The notes: generated by a model not told the origin, from the letters alone. A stretch of DNA of 64,000 bases from Octopus vulgaris (GCA_951406725.2 OX597833.1:24118001-24182000); one strand, 5' to 3'; positions 13,993-27,473 are shown, counted from the first letter of the stretch. Program-made: numbers and translations.

Positions 13993-15177
13993 TTAAGGGC
14001 TTGCTTAATTGTGAAGCATCTATGTTGTGTTTGTTTTGTTTCTCTCATCAAAGGCAGAGTATTTCTGGAGAAATTTGTCCCCAAGAAAGTTTTGCATTTC
14101 ATGGGTCCATATTAGGGTTCACAGTTGAGTGATATTTAATTGGTTGCTTCCAATATGTATTCCTATGTTCTTTTATCTGTGTTTCAATTTTGTTTTGGCT
14201 AAGATTAAAAGATTTAATGAATTTATGTGTGGCAGTATATTTTGTAGTCCATGAGACCTGGTGTATCAATTACGTATGGCTGGGTAATTGTTAAGACTTG
14301 TCTTTATCTGGGGTATTGTAAACTTTAATGTAGGTTAAATGTTCTTGTGGCCATCAATGCTTCTTTTTTCTTTGAATGTGTTGAAACTAGCTTCCTTGGT
14401 GACTGTTTTATCCCTTTTGGAGTGCAGACCGTTTAGTTAAGATGAATTTGTTTTGGTGAATAGTGTGAAATAATCTCTTGTCTATTGAGATTAATGTTTA
14501 ATTTTTCAGTGATTCACAGTGAGCATGTTCTAGAACTATTTTTATGTACAAGGGCGCACAGACTATTAATTACTATGTAACATGTATTGCAAGATAAATA
14601 TTCAGAACAAATGATCCATATAACTTACACATATTAAATACTTACTTCTTTGTTTGTTCAAGAAATACTGTTTTGCATGCAACTGTGAGTACATACAAAT
14701 ACACACACAGATGGCTATGTGGATTAAGACTTATTTTATAACCACATGGTTTTGAATTCAATCCCACAGTGTGACACCTTGGGCAAGTGTTTTCTACAAT
14801 AGCTTCACATTAACAATACCTTGTGAATGAAATTTGGTTGACTGAAACTATACAGAAGTCTGACGTATATGTGTGTATGTGAATATAAATGTATGTACAG
14901 GTATTTGTCTGTCTCTTTACAATGAAAACACTTAGGCAACAGTGACATTTGTTATGTCCAATAAGAATAGTGATTCGCAGTTCTGTATGTGAGTGTGTGT
15001 GTGTGCGCATGTGTGTATAGGTTTGTATATATGTATGCATAGGTGTGTATATATATATGCATATATATATATATATATATATTTGTAAAAAATGAAGTTC
15101 GAAAATGCTGCTGTATTATACAATTTTTAATTTTTATATATACATTATAACATGTTTCAGTTCCTGAAATGAACCTT

Positions 15178-15238
<61 letters not shown>

Positions 15239-15259
15239 TATATATATAGTGTCTCAATA

Positions 15260-15835
15260 TACTGTTTTATGGTACACCACATTCCAGAAAAATCAAGGAG
15301 AATGATGCCTCTTAACCCATGAAACATTCACAATGAGTTTCTGTGATGTCTGCTGGGTCTTGAATATCTGAGACCTTAAAGAAGAACTGTGATACCATTC
15401 CATGGCATGAACCCATGTTTCTGGATCATAAACATATGTTCACATTTCATTCCCTCCCTTCAGATCAGAAAGAAAATGTGTCTTCATTGGTTTCAAAAAC
15501 ATCCATCAGACCAGAACATACTTCTAACCTTCTCTTATTCAAATTGTGTAATAACTGATAAGGTGTCCCCCACTTTACATACACTTACTGATTCTCAAAG
15601 TCTTCCACCATCTTCTGCAATCCATTGTGATCTAAAACCCAGTTGTGCAGTAAGCACAAAGATTGTGGCTTGTCTGTCTGTGTAAATTATTTAGTCCAAT
15701 CACTAACACTTGGTGTCATGGATCACAATTACTGGTCCCCCACTATGTGGCTTGTCTTTCATGCTGGTTTCCTCTTCTTTAATCTTCTTCATTTATCTGT
15801 GCACATTGTTCTTGTCAATGGTGTCATCTCCTGAA
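15260..15835 (-). mobile_element. Decayed mariner transposase fragment
   Basis: Minus strand GDDTIDKNNVHR*MKKIKEEETSMKDKPHSGGP resembles the mariner HTH and (R)SGRP linker. Confidence 0.7.
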
Positions 15836-17794
15836 ACAACCTATGTCAGATAATTAAAAAAAACATTATAACTACTTGTGCAGGAACTTGTTAAATTTCT
15901 TCCAACCACTTGAAGTATTTCAAATTCTCACCAGATTGTATTTTAAGAAAATGTAGCTATGCATGCTGATGACAAAAATCGCATTCATTTTTTAAAAATC
16001 TAGAAATTGAAAATAAAGAAGTTACGTAAGTGAAGAAAATTTTTTAAAAATCTGAAATACCTTAAGTGTTAGGAAGAAATTTAACAAGTTCCTCTTTTGC
16101 ATTACTGTTGATACAGCTGTCATCTATACATATGTATGCTAATACACACTGGCACACATACAAGCACACATGCGCATACACACACACACATTCTTTTATT
16201 CTTTTAATGATTTCAGTATAACTTATGTATACACATAAATGCATACATACAAACATGTGTATATGTATGTATGTATGTATATATATATATATGTATGTAT
16301 ATATATACACGTATATATGTATGTATGTATATATATATACACATATATATATATGTATGTATGTGTATATATATATACACACATATGTACATATGTGTGT
16401 GTATATATATATATACACACACACACACACATATATATGTGTGTGTGTACATGTACACACACACACACACACACATACACACACAAACACACATGACTAT
16501 TGTGTTGATGCTTGTCAAAACAGATAAAGATAAAGAGACCAAAGAAATTGGAATTTCATGGCAACCATAACAAAACATCTATAGCAAGATTCGTTGCTAT
16601 TGACAACAAATATATTTTCCACAAATGGCCAAAACAAATCAGGATTCCGTCTGCAGCTTAGCTTTTTCTGAGTTACAATATAAAAGGTAGTTCAATTTAT
16701 TTAGTGTAGATGTGTGTGCATATATGTGTTTTGTTGTTGCTGTTCATGCTTAATCACATTTGTGACCATTCTGTCATATTTTTAGACAGTGTATCTTAAA
16801 GTATGGTAAAGTTTTACTATTACACTCATCATATGAAATAGATAGAATAGTAAAAATTTATTGGAAAAGTTCATGGAAATGGTGAGGCAAAAGTCCCATA
16901 AAAAATTCTTATATTTTAGACCGAAAATTCTTTCACAGTAAGAATAATCACCCAATTTCTTGTTCTTTTTTCTCTCTCCTTATTTAGAAAGGATCAGAGT
17001 TTGGAGACTAGTCTAATAGTAAAGAATTACATTGTCTTATTTGGCTTTCCTTTACTTTTTCTAAAGATAGTAGTATATGATTTCAGGGATATTTAGCTTT
17101 TACAACAATTACCTCTAACCAGCAGTTCCAACCAGCATTAATACTATCAGAGAATGTCTTGGTTCTTTTAATCCACATTGTAATATTGTTATATTGGAAA
17201 CTGGTACTTATACTATATCTACATTTTGAGTTGCTTGACCATTTTGTTCTTATTAAGTCTTCATCTACTTTACCCTCTCCTCTATAAACTCACCTTTTTG
17301 TCATATTCATTGTACTATGCCCTTGGATCTGTCCCTATTCAATACCCTCTACCATCTCCCTTCTGTACTGATAGCCATAACTCTATCACACCTGATCACT
17401 CACTATTGGTATCCTCCATTCCTCTCTATCACTGTCCATCATTTGTCCTCTCTCACACCACCATCCATCCATCTTTATTGCAATCCATCACTTTCTCATG
17501 TTACTCCTTTCCTTATCACTCATTATTGTCATACATCACCTTGTCTCCTCACCTCTTTCTCTCTCACCAGTCTCTCAATCCCAATATTCTGTCTCCCTCC
17601 TCATGGTTTTCATTCCAAATCACTCTACTCAATTGTTTTTTTTTTTTTTTAATCCCTTTACTAGCAAACAACAACAGATAGCTACCATCAGTCTCCCTTC
17701 TCCATCACTCTCTACCACCCTCTTATTCCTATCCCTGTTTGTTCTATCATACTTCAATAGGGACATGTCAGAGGCATATGAAAGAAAGAGGAAA

Positions 17795-18305
17795 GATGGT
17801 CTACTTACTATCACAGGTTGGACAGATTGTTAGAGTCCAAGTCAGTTTTTATTTGGAGTTCCTGCTCTCATAGACAGATTAGCAACATTCCAGTTTTGTT
17901 GTTCATACTGATGCCAACCACTATACTGTGTATATTTTAATGTGGCACCATTACCAGAGAGGCTGCCTTGTTCTCAACAAGACTAAAGTGTACCCACTGC
18001 TGTATATTGACTCTTCTCATTCAATACAACATAACTGTCTCTTCTATTCATTCTGTCAGTTATGTTGTATTGAAAGAGACAATATAGAGCAGTGAGTATA
18101 CTTTAGTCTTGTTGATAACAAGGCAGCCTCTCTGATAATGGTGGTGCATTAAAATGTACACGCAGTACACACAGTACAGTAGTTGGCATCAGGAAGAGCA
18201 ACAAAACTGGAATGTTGCTAATCTGTCTGAGAGCAGGAACTCTGAATAAGAACTGACTTGGACTTTAATAATATCTCCAACCTGTTATAGTATAGAAAGT
18301 AGACA
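17795..18305. repeat. Long inverted repeat (about 245-bp arms, about 15-nt loop) of RTE-tail-like sequence
   Basis: e.g. CAGATTAGCAACATTCCAGTTTTGTTG (17874) vs CAACAAAACTGGAATGTTGCTAATCTG (18199); CAATACAACATAACTG / CAGTTATGTTGTATTG at the centre. Confidence 0.9.
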
Positions 18306-18461
18306 TAAGATTATGATGACGATGATGTAATATGCTTTTTTCCTCTTTTATCCATGCAACAATCACACCAACCTGGGTGCAGCTGTAACCACAGTAACTA
18401 TTTTGTTTTAATATTTGCTGAGGATTTGCTTTTCTCTCTCATCTTTCCTCTTTCTCTCATA

Positions 18462-18825
18462 TACTCTTTACTCTTTTACTCTTTTACTTGTTTCAGTCAT
18501 TTGACTGCGGCCATGCTGGAGCACCACCTTTAGTACTTATTCTATCGGTCTCTTTTTGCCGAACCGCTAAGTAACGGGGACATAAACACAACAGCATCGG
18601 TTGTCAAGCAATGCTAGGGGGACAAACACAGACACACACATATACATATATATACATATATACGACAGGCTTCTTTCAGTTTCCGTCTACCAAATCCACT
18701 CACAAGGCATTGGTCGGCCCGGGGCTATAGCAGAAGACACTTGCCCAAGATGCCACGCAGTGGGACTGAACCCGCAACCGTGTGGTTGGTTAGCAAGCTA
18801 CTTACCACATAGCCACTCCTGCGCC
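18462..18825 (-). mobile_element. SINE family A (young-looking copy)
   Basis: GGCGCAGGAGTGGCTATGTGG...GGGTTCAGTCCC on the minus strand; CpGs retained. Confidence 0.9.
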
Positions 18826-20360
18826 ATATGCTTCTGATATATCCCAATGAAGCATTTTCCGCGTCTTCCTCCAGATCATGCATCACTGCTCTGCTATCCT
18901 TTCTAAGACCTATGCCAACCAGGTAGGGTCCTAGAAGCCCTGCCATTGTGCCTCACACAATTTCCTAAATCTTTCATATTTTTAACCATCCTCTCATGTT
19001 GCTTTCTGAAGTTACCATCTGCTCAACAATAGTACTTTTTTGTCAAATTAGACAATACCATAAGGTCAGGGTGCTGCTTCATTATTGCAATAAGTTTTGG
19101 GAACACAAACACTTTATTTAAATTCATCAGCACCTTCTAGTTATTAGTGATCGGAAATTTTTCTCATAATGTTCTTTTTTTTATACCCTTGCATTATCCC
19201 CTTTTGCCCTTCCTCTAGAAGGCAACAGGGTGCAACTTGATGTTGATCCACATTGCATTGTTGTTTTAAGGCCTCAACAAGCATACTCAAGGCATTGTTA
19301 TTCTGCCAGATTTACTGTGTAGCAGGATAACGTGCATGCTACTGGAACATTTGCCAGTGATGCCTAGGCTCTGCACTAATGATGACCAAGTCTCAGTTCA
19401 ACCTTTCTCAGGAGAAATTAATCTTAGCTAGCTCCATTTTCTGCAACATACCACATGACAAGTTCCATTACATGTTTCCTATGTGCATTTGCTTTCTAAC
19501 CATGCAGTTTTAATCATACACACTCATCTTTGATATCTTCCTGCTTTTGTTACTCTGGTGACATATTCATTTGTTCCATATCTTTCTCAGAGTTGCTTGT
19601 GAATTCTGCATGTATGCCCTCTTTGATTTAATTTTTAGGCTGGTTTTGACCTCAGCATTTTTTCTCATACTCCATTTCATTCCTGTCAGCACTATTGGCT
19701 GGACTTCTTGAACACTGAGATTCACTGAACCCCAGAGCATCATGTGCTAACAGGCTTTTGCTAACTTAAACTCCTCCACTATTGATGTTAAAGACATGTA
19801 GTTTTGTAGTAGCAAAATGCATCTACCTTTAATCCAAAATGGAGAACCAAGCCACTTTCGTAGAACCTTACTAGCACACTTGCCTATTCTATCCACTATT
19901 GTGAAAGGTATTTCATGCATTTGGCAAGGCCATGTAAGCCTTGGTAAATGGCTATGTTCACAACTTTACATCTTAAACTTGCATGCCAAACCACAGTTCT
20001 CAAGGGTAGTCAGTACTCTTCTCAACATGACTTCAATCTCAATACCAGCTCTTGGTATCATCTAAAGCAGTGCTTCTCAAAGTGGATCATACTGCCTCCT
20101 GGTTGGTGAAAGGAAAGGAAAATTTTATATAGGTACTGAAGAGAAAGGAAGCTGTAAGAGTTGGGGTGTTAGGTGAATAGGTACAGTGTAAAAAAATTTT
20201 TTTAGCGTTTGTCTCCTGTTTATGTATTAACTTTAAAAAAAAACTGTTTAAATGTAATATCATATAAACTGTTTATTAGCTGTATTCAGAACAGCAGCAT
20301 AAATAATAATGGATAGACTTTGAAATGTAAATAAGTGAATAAACAAAACTAAATTTATAT

Positions 20361-20518
20361 AGGCGCAGGAGTGGCTGTGTGGTAAGAAGCTTGCATCTCA
20401 ACCACATGGTTCTAGGTTTGGTCCCACTGTGTGGAACCTTGGGCAAGTGGCTTCTGCTATAGCCTCAGGCCTGACCAAAGCCTTGTTAGTGGATTCAGTG
20501 GATGGAAACTGAAAGAAG

Positions 20519-20573
<55 letters not shown>

Positions 20574-20798
20574 ATATGTATGTATGTATTTTTGTGCTTG
20601 TGTTTGTCCCCCTGCCATCACTTGACAACTGATGTTGGTGTGTTTACATCTCTGTAACTTTACGGTTCGGCAAAAGAGACTGATAGAATAAGTACTAGGC
20701 TTATAAAGAATAAGTCCTGGGTTGATTTGTTTGACTGAAGGTGGTGCTCCAACATGGCCACAGTCAAATGATTGAAACAAGTAAAAGAATAAAAGAAT
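20361..20798 (+). mobile_element. SINE family A
   Basis: GGCGCAGGAGTGGCTGTGTGG head, full body and 3' end. Confidence 0.9.
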
Positions 20799-22494
20799 AT
20801 CATCTATAAATGCAAATTATAAACAATAAGCAAGAGTATAATTTGAGAAGCATGTCAAAATTTGTGGTTATCTCCATCTACATTATGATGGAGATAGCTG
20901 CTTATTAATTAGGTATGTAAGAGTTACTAAAAGAAAGCAATTATTAAAGGCTTGACCATCTAGAAATTTTTTTATAAAAATCATGTTCCAAGAAATTTCC
21001 TTTAACTTCGATTTCTGAAGTTTATTGAATATTTGAACTATACGTTTTTCACAGATTTAAATATTCATTGCAGGCGAAATTTTCTGTTTTTGTTTGTAAC
21101 AGTTTCTCACTCTCTTTTGCTTCTATTTTCATTAATGATAATTTAATATATATTCATTTTAATGTTTTGATTTCAAGTTTTAATTCACTATTTGAAAACC
21201 TCACAATTTATTCTATATATATAATGTAAAAAAAATTATTGAATGAATGAATGCTATTAGACAAAATAACTGTATAACTTTGTTAAATGAATATTTTTGA
21301 TAAAATTTTTTTCATATACCAGTATGAAGTGAGTTTGTTGGTATGACTGTTTGGAATGCTATAAGCCTTACAATAATAATTATGTGATTGCTGCTATTTC
21401 TATCATGCTAAACGTAGCTGGGTTACCTTGAAGTTTGTTTAAATTAGAGATAAATTACTGAAAGAAATATTTACCAATCAAGTGAGATTTTTTATTAATT
21501 GAAGTTCTCAGAAAAATTTACTTTTTGAACTTCCTTTAATTATTGAATATTTCAAGTTCACAAATTTAAATATTTGGTGCAGTTTTTAGTGAGCTTTTAT
21601 TTATACATGTTTATTTCATTCATTGCTTGTAGTGTTCTCTCTCCTGCTCTCTCTCTCTCTCACACATACACACGTACATCTTTTGGTTATGCATTTGTTG
21701 TTTCTGATATTAGAGCCATATCACCTGAAGAATTGAACACATGAACTATGATCCACCTGATGTCCATGGATACTACAGACTGTACAGTAATCATCCCAGG
21801 AATATGGACTATGATCATAAGAAACATGTGATTCGTGGAAATGTGCTACTAAAAGGAAGTTTGTGATAGTTGAAAAAGTTGGGAAAGTACTGATCTACAG
21901 GTGTTTTGTATGGAATGACATAACTGTAATAGCTCAGCCAGCCTTAACAAGAGAGTTAATGCTTCTCTCTTTGTTTCCACACATGAAGTAAGATCAATTG
22001 CAAACACTTGCAGTAGTGAGGGTACCATAAATCTTATATTCATTCATTTTGAATTATTCTTTAAATTTCTGAATACTGATTCCATAGCCATCACAAAGAG
22101 GAGTGAAAGAAAAGTACACTCTGCCATGATGTCTATTTTTCACTCATTCCAGTTACTTGTAAATTCTTTGGTTGGGAAACTGCACAAATGCTAATTCAAG
22201 TTATGTGTTAGAAATTCCTTTACTCTTCTTGGAATTTAAAAACATATAAAACTCAATGCTTTATTTATCAGTATGTTGTATACTGATCCTTATACATTTG
22301 CCAGGTCAATCCAAACATCCTGCAGGGCTTTTCTTCCATTCCTAGCATACTGAATGATCTGGGAATGCTTAAGCTCATCTGGGGATCCTGGGAAACTGGC
22401 TTTCTGGACTGATGTGTTTATGAGTTTATTCAGTATGAGGAACCCTGTCACCTATATCACCATCACTCCATAAAACACTTTACTCTCTACACTG

Positions 22495-22705
22495 GTTTCA
22501 AATTTTGGCACAAGGTCAGCAGGTTTGAGGGAAGGGGTAAGTCAATTACATTAACCCTAGTGCTCATCTGGTATTAATTTATTGACCCCAAAAGGATGAA
22601 AGGCAAAGTCGATCTCAGTGGAATTAGCACTCAGACTGCAAAGACATGACATGCTGGTAAACATTTTGCCCAGCATGCTAAGGATTCTGCCATCTCACTG
22701 CCTTA
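22495..22705 (-). mobile_element. SINE family B
   Basis: GGATGAAAGGCAAAGTCGA core on the plus strand. Confidence 0.75.
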
Positions 22706-23129
22706 AACTTTACTCTCTACATTAATGAGATACATTGGGTGGAGCTAGTTAATTGATGATGTCCTCACTTCATTTGGTACCTGCAGGTCCTCTAGAAAGC
22801 ACTAGTCTTGTATTGTAATTTCTTTTCCACATGCTCACTGCAATAGATTTGCCAATAGTGTGAGGAAGTCAGGGCAGTGTTTGTAACTCTGGTACAAGAT
22901 ACCATTGTTATTTGGGGTATTTTTGGACTTTGCCTTCTTCACAGACATCTTGGTTGAGAGATTAGAAAGGTTGAGATTTGAACTCAGAATGTAAAGGGAG
23001 CTGGAATAAAATTGCAACACTAACAATTTTCACCAGTCTACTATTCTAACAATAATAATGATGATGTTACTCCTACTGCTGCTACTGCTACTTCTACTAT
23101 TACTACTACTATTACTGATGATAATGATT

Positions 23130-23149
23130 GTTTTTTTTTCTTTTTGTAG
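23130..23149 (+). promoter_or_regulatory. Probable 3' splice acceptor upstream of the microprotein exon
   Basis: Polypyrimidine tract TTTTTTTTTCTTTTTGTAG ending at 23149, about 100 nt before the ATG. Confidence 0.55.
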
Positions 23150-23252
23150 ATTGTCTATTTTGCTCCTGCTTCAATTCAGATCAGAAACTGTTAAAAGAGA
23201 AAGAAAAATAAACTTTAAATTTACCTTTAGAGAGATTCAAGCATCATAAAAC

Positions 23253-23480
23253 ATGGCTGAACTTTGTCCTGGACTTCTTTGGGCTGTTGTCTGGTTTCTT
23301 CTGCTCATATTTGTTGGTTGGCCCTTGGGATTTATGATTGCATTTCTGTACATCTTTCTCTTACCATTTGGAGTCTGCTTGGAACCTATAAAAGGTGTGT
23401 GTGATGCATTGCTGAAAGTGGTTCAATTTCCACTGACCTTTGCTGAAAACATGGTTGCTATGAAATCACCCTGCGGATGA
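23253..23480 (+). CDS. 75-aa hydrophobic membrane microprotein (uncharacterised; loosely caveolin-like hairpin topology)
   Basis: Non-repetitive intact ORF, strong start context AAAACATGG, natural-looking protein (long hydrophobic segment kinked by GWP/LLPF, Cys residues, amphipathic C-terminal helix), upstream acceptor, downstream ATTAAA (23611) and AATAAA (23834). Confidence 0.8.
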   Translation: MAELCPGLLWAVVWFLLLIFVGWPLGFMIAFLYIFLLPFGVCLEPIKGVCDALLKVVQFPLTFAENMVAMKSPCG

Positions 23481-23660
23481 AGTGCTTGCTGTCTTGACCA
23501 CTACAAGAAATGGCCACAGCAAGGAATAACCACAAGAAGAAATGGCCATCAGCTTAAAATAATCACAGAACAAAAAAATATATAAAAAGAAAATGGCTAC
23601 AAGGACAAAAATTAAAAAGTAAATTACATGAAGTCAAATTAAAAGTTTTTATATATATGC

Positions 23661-23691
<31 letters not shown>

Positions 23692-23704
23692 TATATATAT
23701 ATGC

Positions 23705-23737
<33 letters not shown>

Positions 23738-23755
23738 GCATATATACATATATAT

Positions 23756-23802
<47 letters not shown>

Positions 23803-24889
23803 ATGTTAAGAAATTAATTACAATAATCATGTGAATAAATAATTATCAGTTAACAAGTGGACGAAAAATTTTGAAAGATAATAAGAAGACTTGATTGAAA
23901 ATTCAATACAAAGTTAATTATGCAATACTAGTTATTAAGTATTGAAGGCTGGTAGATGCTAGAATCAGTTGAGTGCTGGCAAGATGGATTTCTCTAATTA
24001 ATAACATCCCTTAATGTTTTATAGTTCAAAATCTACCGAGCTTGACTTGACTGTCTTTCACCTTTCTGAGGGAAAGAGCAAGGAAAGAGGGTTGATGAGA
24101 TAGTAACTGGACTGAATTCATCTTCCCATAAAATTTGTGTTCTTGTGCCTGCCTACGTTCAATATCATTAATATGACATTAATTAATCATAGGAATAATA
24201 TTTAAAAAAATAACTTTTGGTTAATCCATCTTAATGATAAATTTACTAATCAAAAATTGATATGTAATTAATTAATTAAATGGCATTTCATCAGTTAAGG
24301 ATTAACTAATTAATTAATCATAGCCTAAAAATGATAAATCAATAAGTAATTAATTATTAATTAATATATAATGTGTTAATTTGATTAATTACCTGCTAAG
24401 TAATTGTTAATGATTATTGTTTAATTAATTATTAATTCATTGCTATTATAAAGCAATTAATTAATATTTAAATAGTTATAAATTAACAAATTACAAGTTT
24501 AAATACTTTCAGCTAATACTAATTTACAATTTATAGATAAGTATTGCTGTAGTTTTACTGAGTTTTAAAATCACATACAATTAAATAATCAATAACCTAT
24601 GAAATGAAATACAAACAAGTACATCAATATATTCACATTTTCGTATCATCCTGGTAAATCTGTCAAGTAAAGAATCTTGAATGTGTTTTACAAAGTGTTG
24701 TCTTATTTTCTTTTTTAAAATATGATTTTGATGGGAGATGGGGGTGGGGAGTTGGAGGTTGAAGTAGTGACTATATTTGGGTACTTTTGTTTAGAGGATC
24801 CTGGTGTACTGGAAATTGTAGCGCATTTAACAAAATGCCTTATTTGTTTGTTGTGGATACATTAACTGTAATGTTTCTTGGTGTCTTTC

Positions 24890-25470
24890 AACATCAGATA
24901 CCTTCACTCAGGAGACCCGGCTAGAGTGGGATCAAGCTCTAGCATTTGTCCAGTTAGCATCACATTTAGTAGCACTCCCTCGGGACAGTGGGATTAGCCA
25001 TTGCAAGAGCCTCCACCTTACAGAAAAAATTACCGTCTTAGTCAAGGCTGGTGTGAAGAAGATGCCAGCAGCCAGATTCACCCCTTACTTGTAACAGTAA
25101 ATGATAGAAAGTTGAAAGTTCCCATGAATTGCTACCTCAACATCACTAAAGCTAGACATGGTACTGATTTCAGAAGAATCCAAGCAGGTGCTTCTGTTAC
25201 AACTCTCCGTTCCCTGGAAGGACTGCATTGAAGAGGGAAATGAAAGAAAAAAGAAATATGCTATGTTAGCAGAACTATATGAAAGGAATGCATGGCAAGC
25301 ATGGTGCAATTGAATTGAGTTGGGATGTGGGGGATTTGCAGGCTAGTCTCTCTGTAGAGCTTACAACATGTTGGGTATCACAGGTGCCAGTAAACAGAAA
25401 GCCTTCATCAAGTTGACTATGAAGGAGAGGCTGCCATGAGGGAATTATGAGTCATGATGCATCAGTCCTG
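24890..25470 (+). mobile_element. 3' fragment of a second HERO-like non-LTR element (restriction-like endonuclease domain)
   Basis: Frame reads SLKLDMVLISEESKQVLLLQLSVPWKDCIEEGNERKKKY...IELGCGGFAG*SLCRAY, matching the (R)PD..ELTVPWE..ERK..KY..VEVGCRGF signature. Confidence 0.8.
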
Positions 25471-25489
25471 GATGTAAATGATACATCAT

Positions 25490-25690
25490 TTCTACTATAG
25501 GCACAAGGCCTGAAATTTTGGGAGAGGGGGCCAGTCGATTAGATCAATCTCCAGTATGCTTCTGGTACTTAATTTATCTACCCCAAAAGGATGAAAGACA
25601 ATATCGACCTTGGCAGAATTTGAACTCAGAATGTAAAGACGGACAAAATACCTCTAAGCTTTTCACCCAGCATGCTAACGATTCTGCCAA
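25490..25690 (-). mobile_element. SINE family B
   Basis: Family B core and head on the minus strand. Confidence 0.75.
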
Positions 25691-26435
25691 TGTCACAACT
25701 TTTTGCTATGACCTTCAGGAACTGGTCATACCTTCCAGTAGCAGTACTACAGAGAGACAAGCTTGTGACTCTGACTTTCCTCAGCAAAAAAAGTTGGATT
25801 GATGTGGTAGAACTTCATAAATTGCCTGAATTAGGAATTTTATTTGGTGGGGCTCCACTCTCCAAGGGTCAAGCCATTAGACTTTGCATGCTACTACTTG
25901 CTCTCTTTTTATCCAGGCTCCTTACTGGTGTATCCCAACACACTTGCTGGCTTATTTCTATTCAACTAATTCTCCCACCTCATTCCAGATCTGTAGCCTC
26001 CTGTCATTATCTTTCACTGTATCAAAGCAAGATGTGATACTACCCAAGCTAGCCCTGAGATACAAACACTGTGTCTTAGCTTTGTCTTTGCAACCTCGAC
26101 AGCCTCTACTTTCATTCTGTGCTAACTGCATTACCAGCTTGAGAGATTTTAGGGTTATATGAGTCTTGATATTGCAATACTTCCTCGGCACAGGTCACCG
26201 TTAATTTTTCTTTCAGGCAGCTGATGAAGAGCTTCAACATATTTTGTTCAAATAAAACAATGTTTTTCAGACATGAACGAAGTACTAGCCAATTTTGCAG
26301 GAGCCTGTTAACTCTTCTCAAAACCTTCTACTGTGAATATTGTGACCTCATATATCAAGAGCAGCCAAAGAATCGTTGAAGGATGTCATACTGGTGAATC
26401 CAGACCTTAAACTTGCCTGTTTGCTATGGATAATC

Positions 26436-26840
26436 AGTGGGAATAATTATTACCTCCTGGTATTAATACTATCTCTATCGCTAATACGTATTTTTTTAAT
26501 AAACTCCCTGGATAATCACGACACCAGTGTTTGTCCTGTCACTGATCTTCTATATATCGCTGCCTGAGAGAGGAGTCGCTGGTATCTCTAGTAGTCGAGC
26601 GTCATCACTGACGAGACCAGCGAAGGTCGAAATCGCGCGATCTGATAGTCTCGGCGCTGGAGATGGCGGTGATTTATCTCCCCGCCAACAATATAAACAA
26701 AAGTGCAGTTTGCCCCAAAAGCCTATATGAGAGTTTCTCTCATGATATGTACCGCAGTAAAGTTTGTTCTACCAGAATACCCACGTTTAAGTGGGGATAA
26801 TTATTACCTCGCGTTATTAATACTGCCTCTGTCACTAATA
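26436..26840 (+). mobile_element. Small non-coding HHR retroelement (retrozyme-like), 354-nt unit plus 51-nt terminal direct repeat
   Basis: AGTGGGrATAATTATTACCTC...CTAATA at 26436-26486 and 26790-26840; internal intact HHR; ends in (TA)n. Confidence 0.75.
26584..26664 (+). ncRNA. Type I hammerhead ribozyme with canonical core
   Basis: Stem I ATCA/TGAT (extended GTCGAG/CTCGGC and ATCTCTAGT/GCTGGAGAT), CTGACGA (26608-26614), stem II GACC-AGCGAA-GGTC, GAAA, palindromic stem III TCGCGCGA, AUC cleavage predicted after 26642. Confidence 0.92.
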
Positions 26841-26848
26841 TATATATA

Positions 26849-27473
26849 TGTGAAATCACAGGTGATATAGAACTAAATTCATTTTTTAAATGTCTTGCTT
26901 TGAAAAACTGCATTGGGTATGATTAGTGAAATTTTGGTAGTAATGACTTATGTCCCTCTTAGTGTGAGGCATTTATGTGTAATAATGCCCTCTATATAAT
27001 ATAAATTAATATGTTAAAAAAAAAAATTATTTTCGAATTTTTCTCTTATGAGGTTTTTCACGCTAACTACCTGATAATTTCTTGTTAAGATTCCTTATTA
27101 AGAAGTTATCCTTAATTGTTAAATTTATTCCGAAAAAACTTTTCCTACCCGAAATACAGTTCGAAAAATCCCGCCAGTTACCGAATATATGATTTATAAA
27201 CATCTCCATGTGCTTCGCCGGAGAGAGCAGTTGCCTGTTCGACTTCGCCAGGTAGTGTTGGTCGTTTATTTATGATGTGTTCAGAATCAGTTCTACCGAT
27301 GAGCATAGACGCATTTTTTATGCGGTAAGTGTGAAATCACAGGTGATATAGAACTAAATTCATTTTTTAAATGTCTTGCTTTGAAAAACTGCATTGGGTA
27401 TGATTAGTGAAATTTTGGTAGTAATGACTTATGTCCCTCTTAGTGTGAGACATTTGTGTGTAATAATGCCCTC

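Larger units (their letters stand above)
18826..22960 (-). mobile_element. Highly decayed HERO-like (R2-superfamily, restriction-like endonuclease) non-LTR retrotransposon, interrupted by SINEs
   Basis: Colinear minus-strand remnants: VKKAKSKNTPNNNGILYQSYKHCP; INTSVQKASFPG...VWIDLANV*GSV; LPRLTWP..HEIP..LRKWLG; SIVEEFKLAKA; FPKLIAIMKQHPDLMV; AENASL. Confidence 0.75.

Noticed and set aside
15140-15185. Partial HHR on the minus strand (GGTTC...GAACT GAAA CATG)
   Set aside because: The 5' core and stem I are replaced by (TA)n; a truncated relic only
16062-16578. Many overlapping YI/CV/HT-rich ORFs (also at 4384, 9316, 14952, 37137, 45746, 46706 and elsewhere)
   Set aside because: They are translations of (TA)n/(TG)n/(TATG)n microsatellites, not genes
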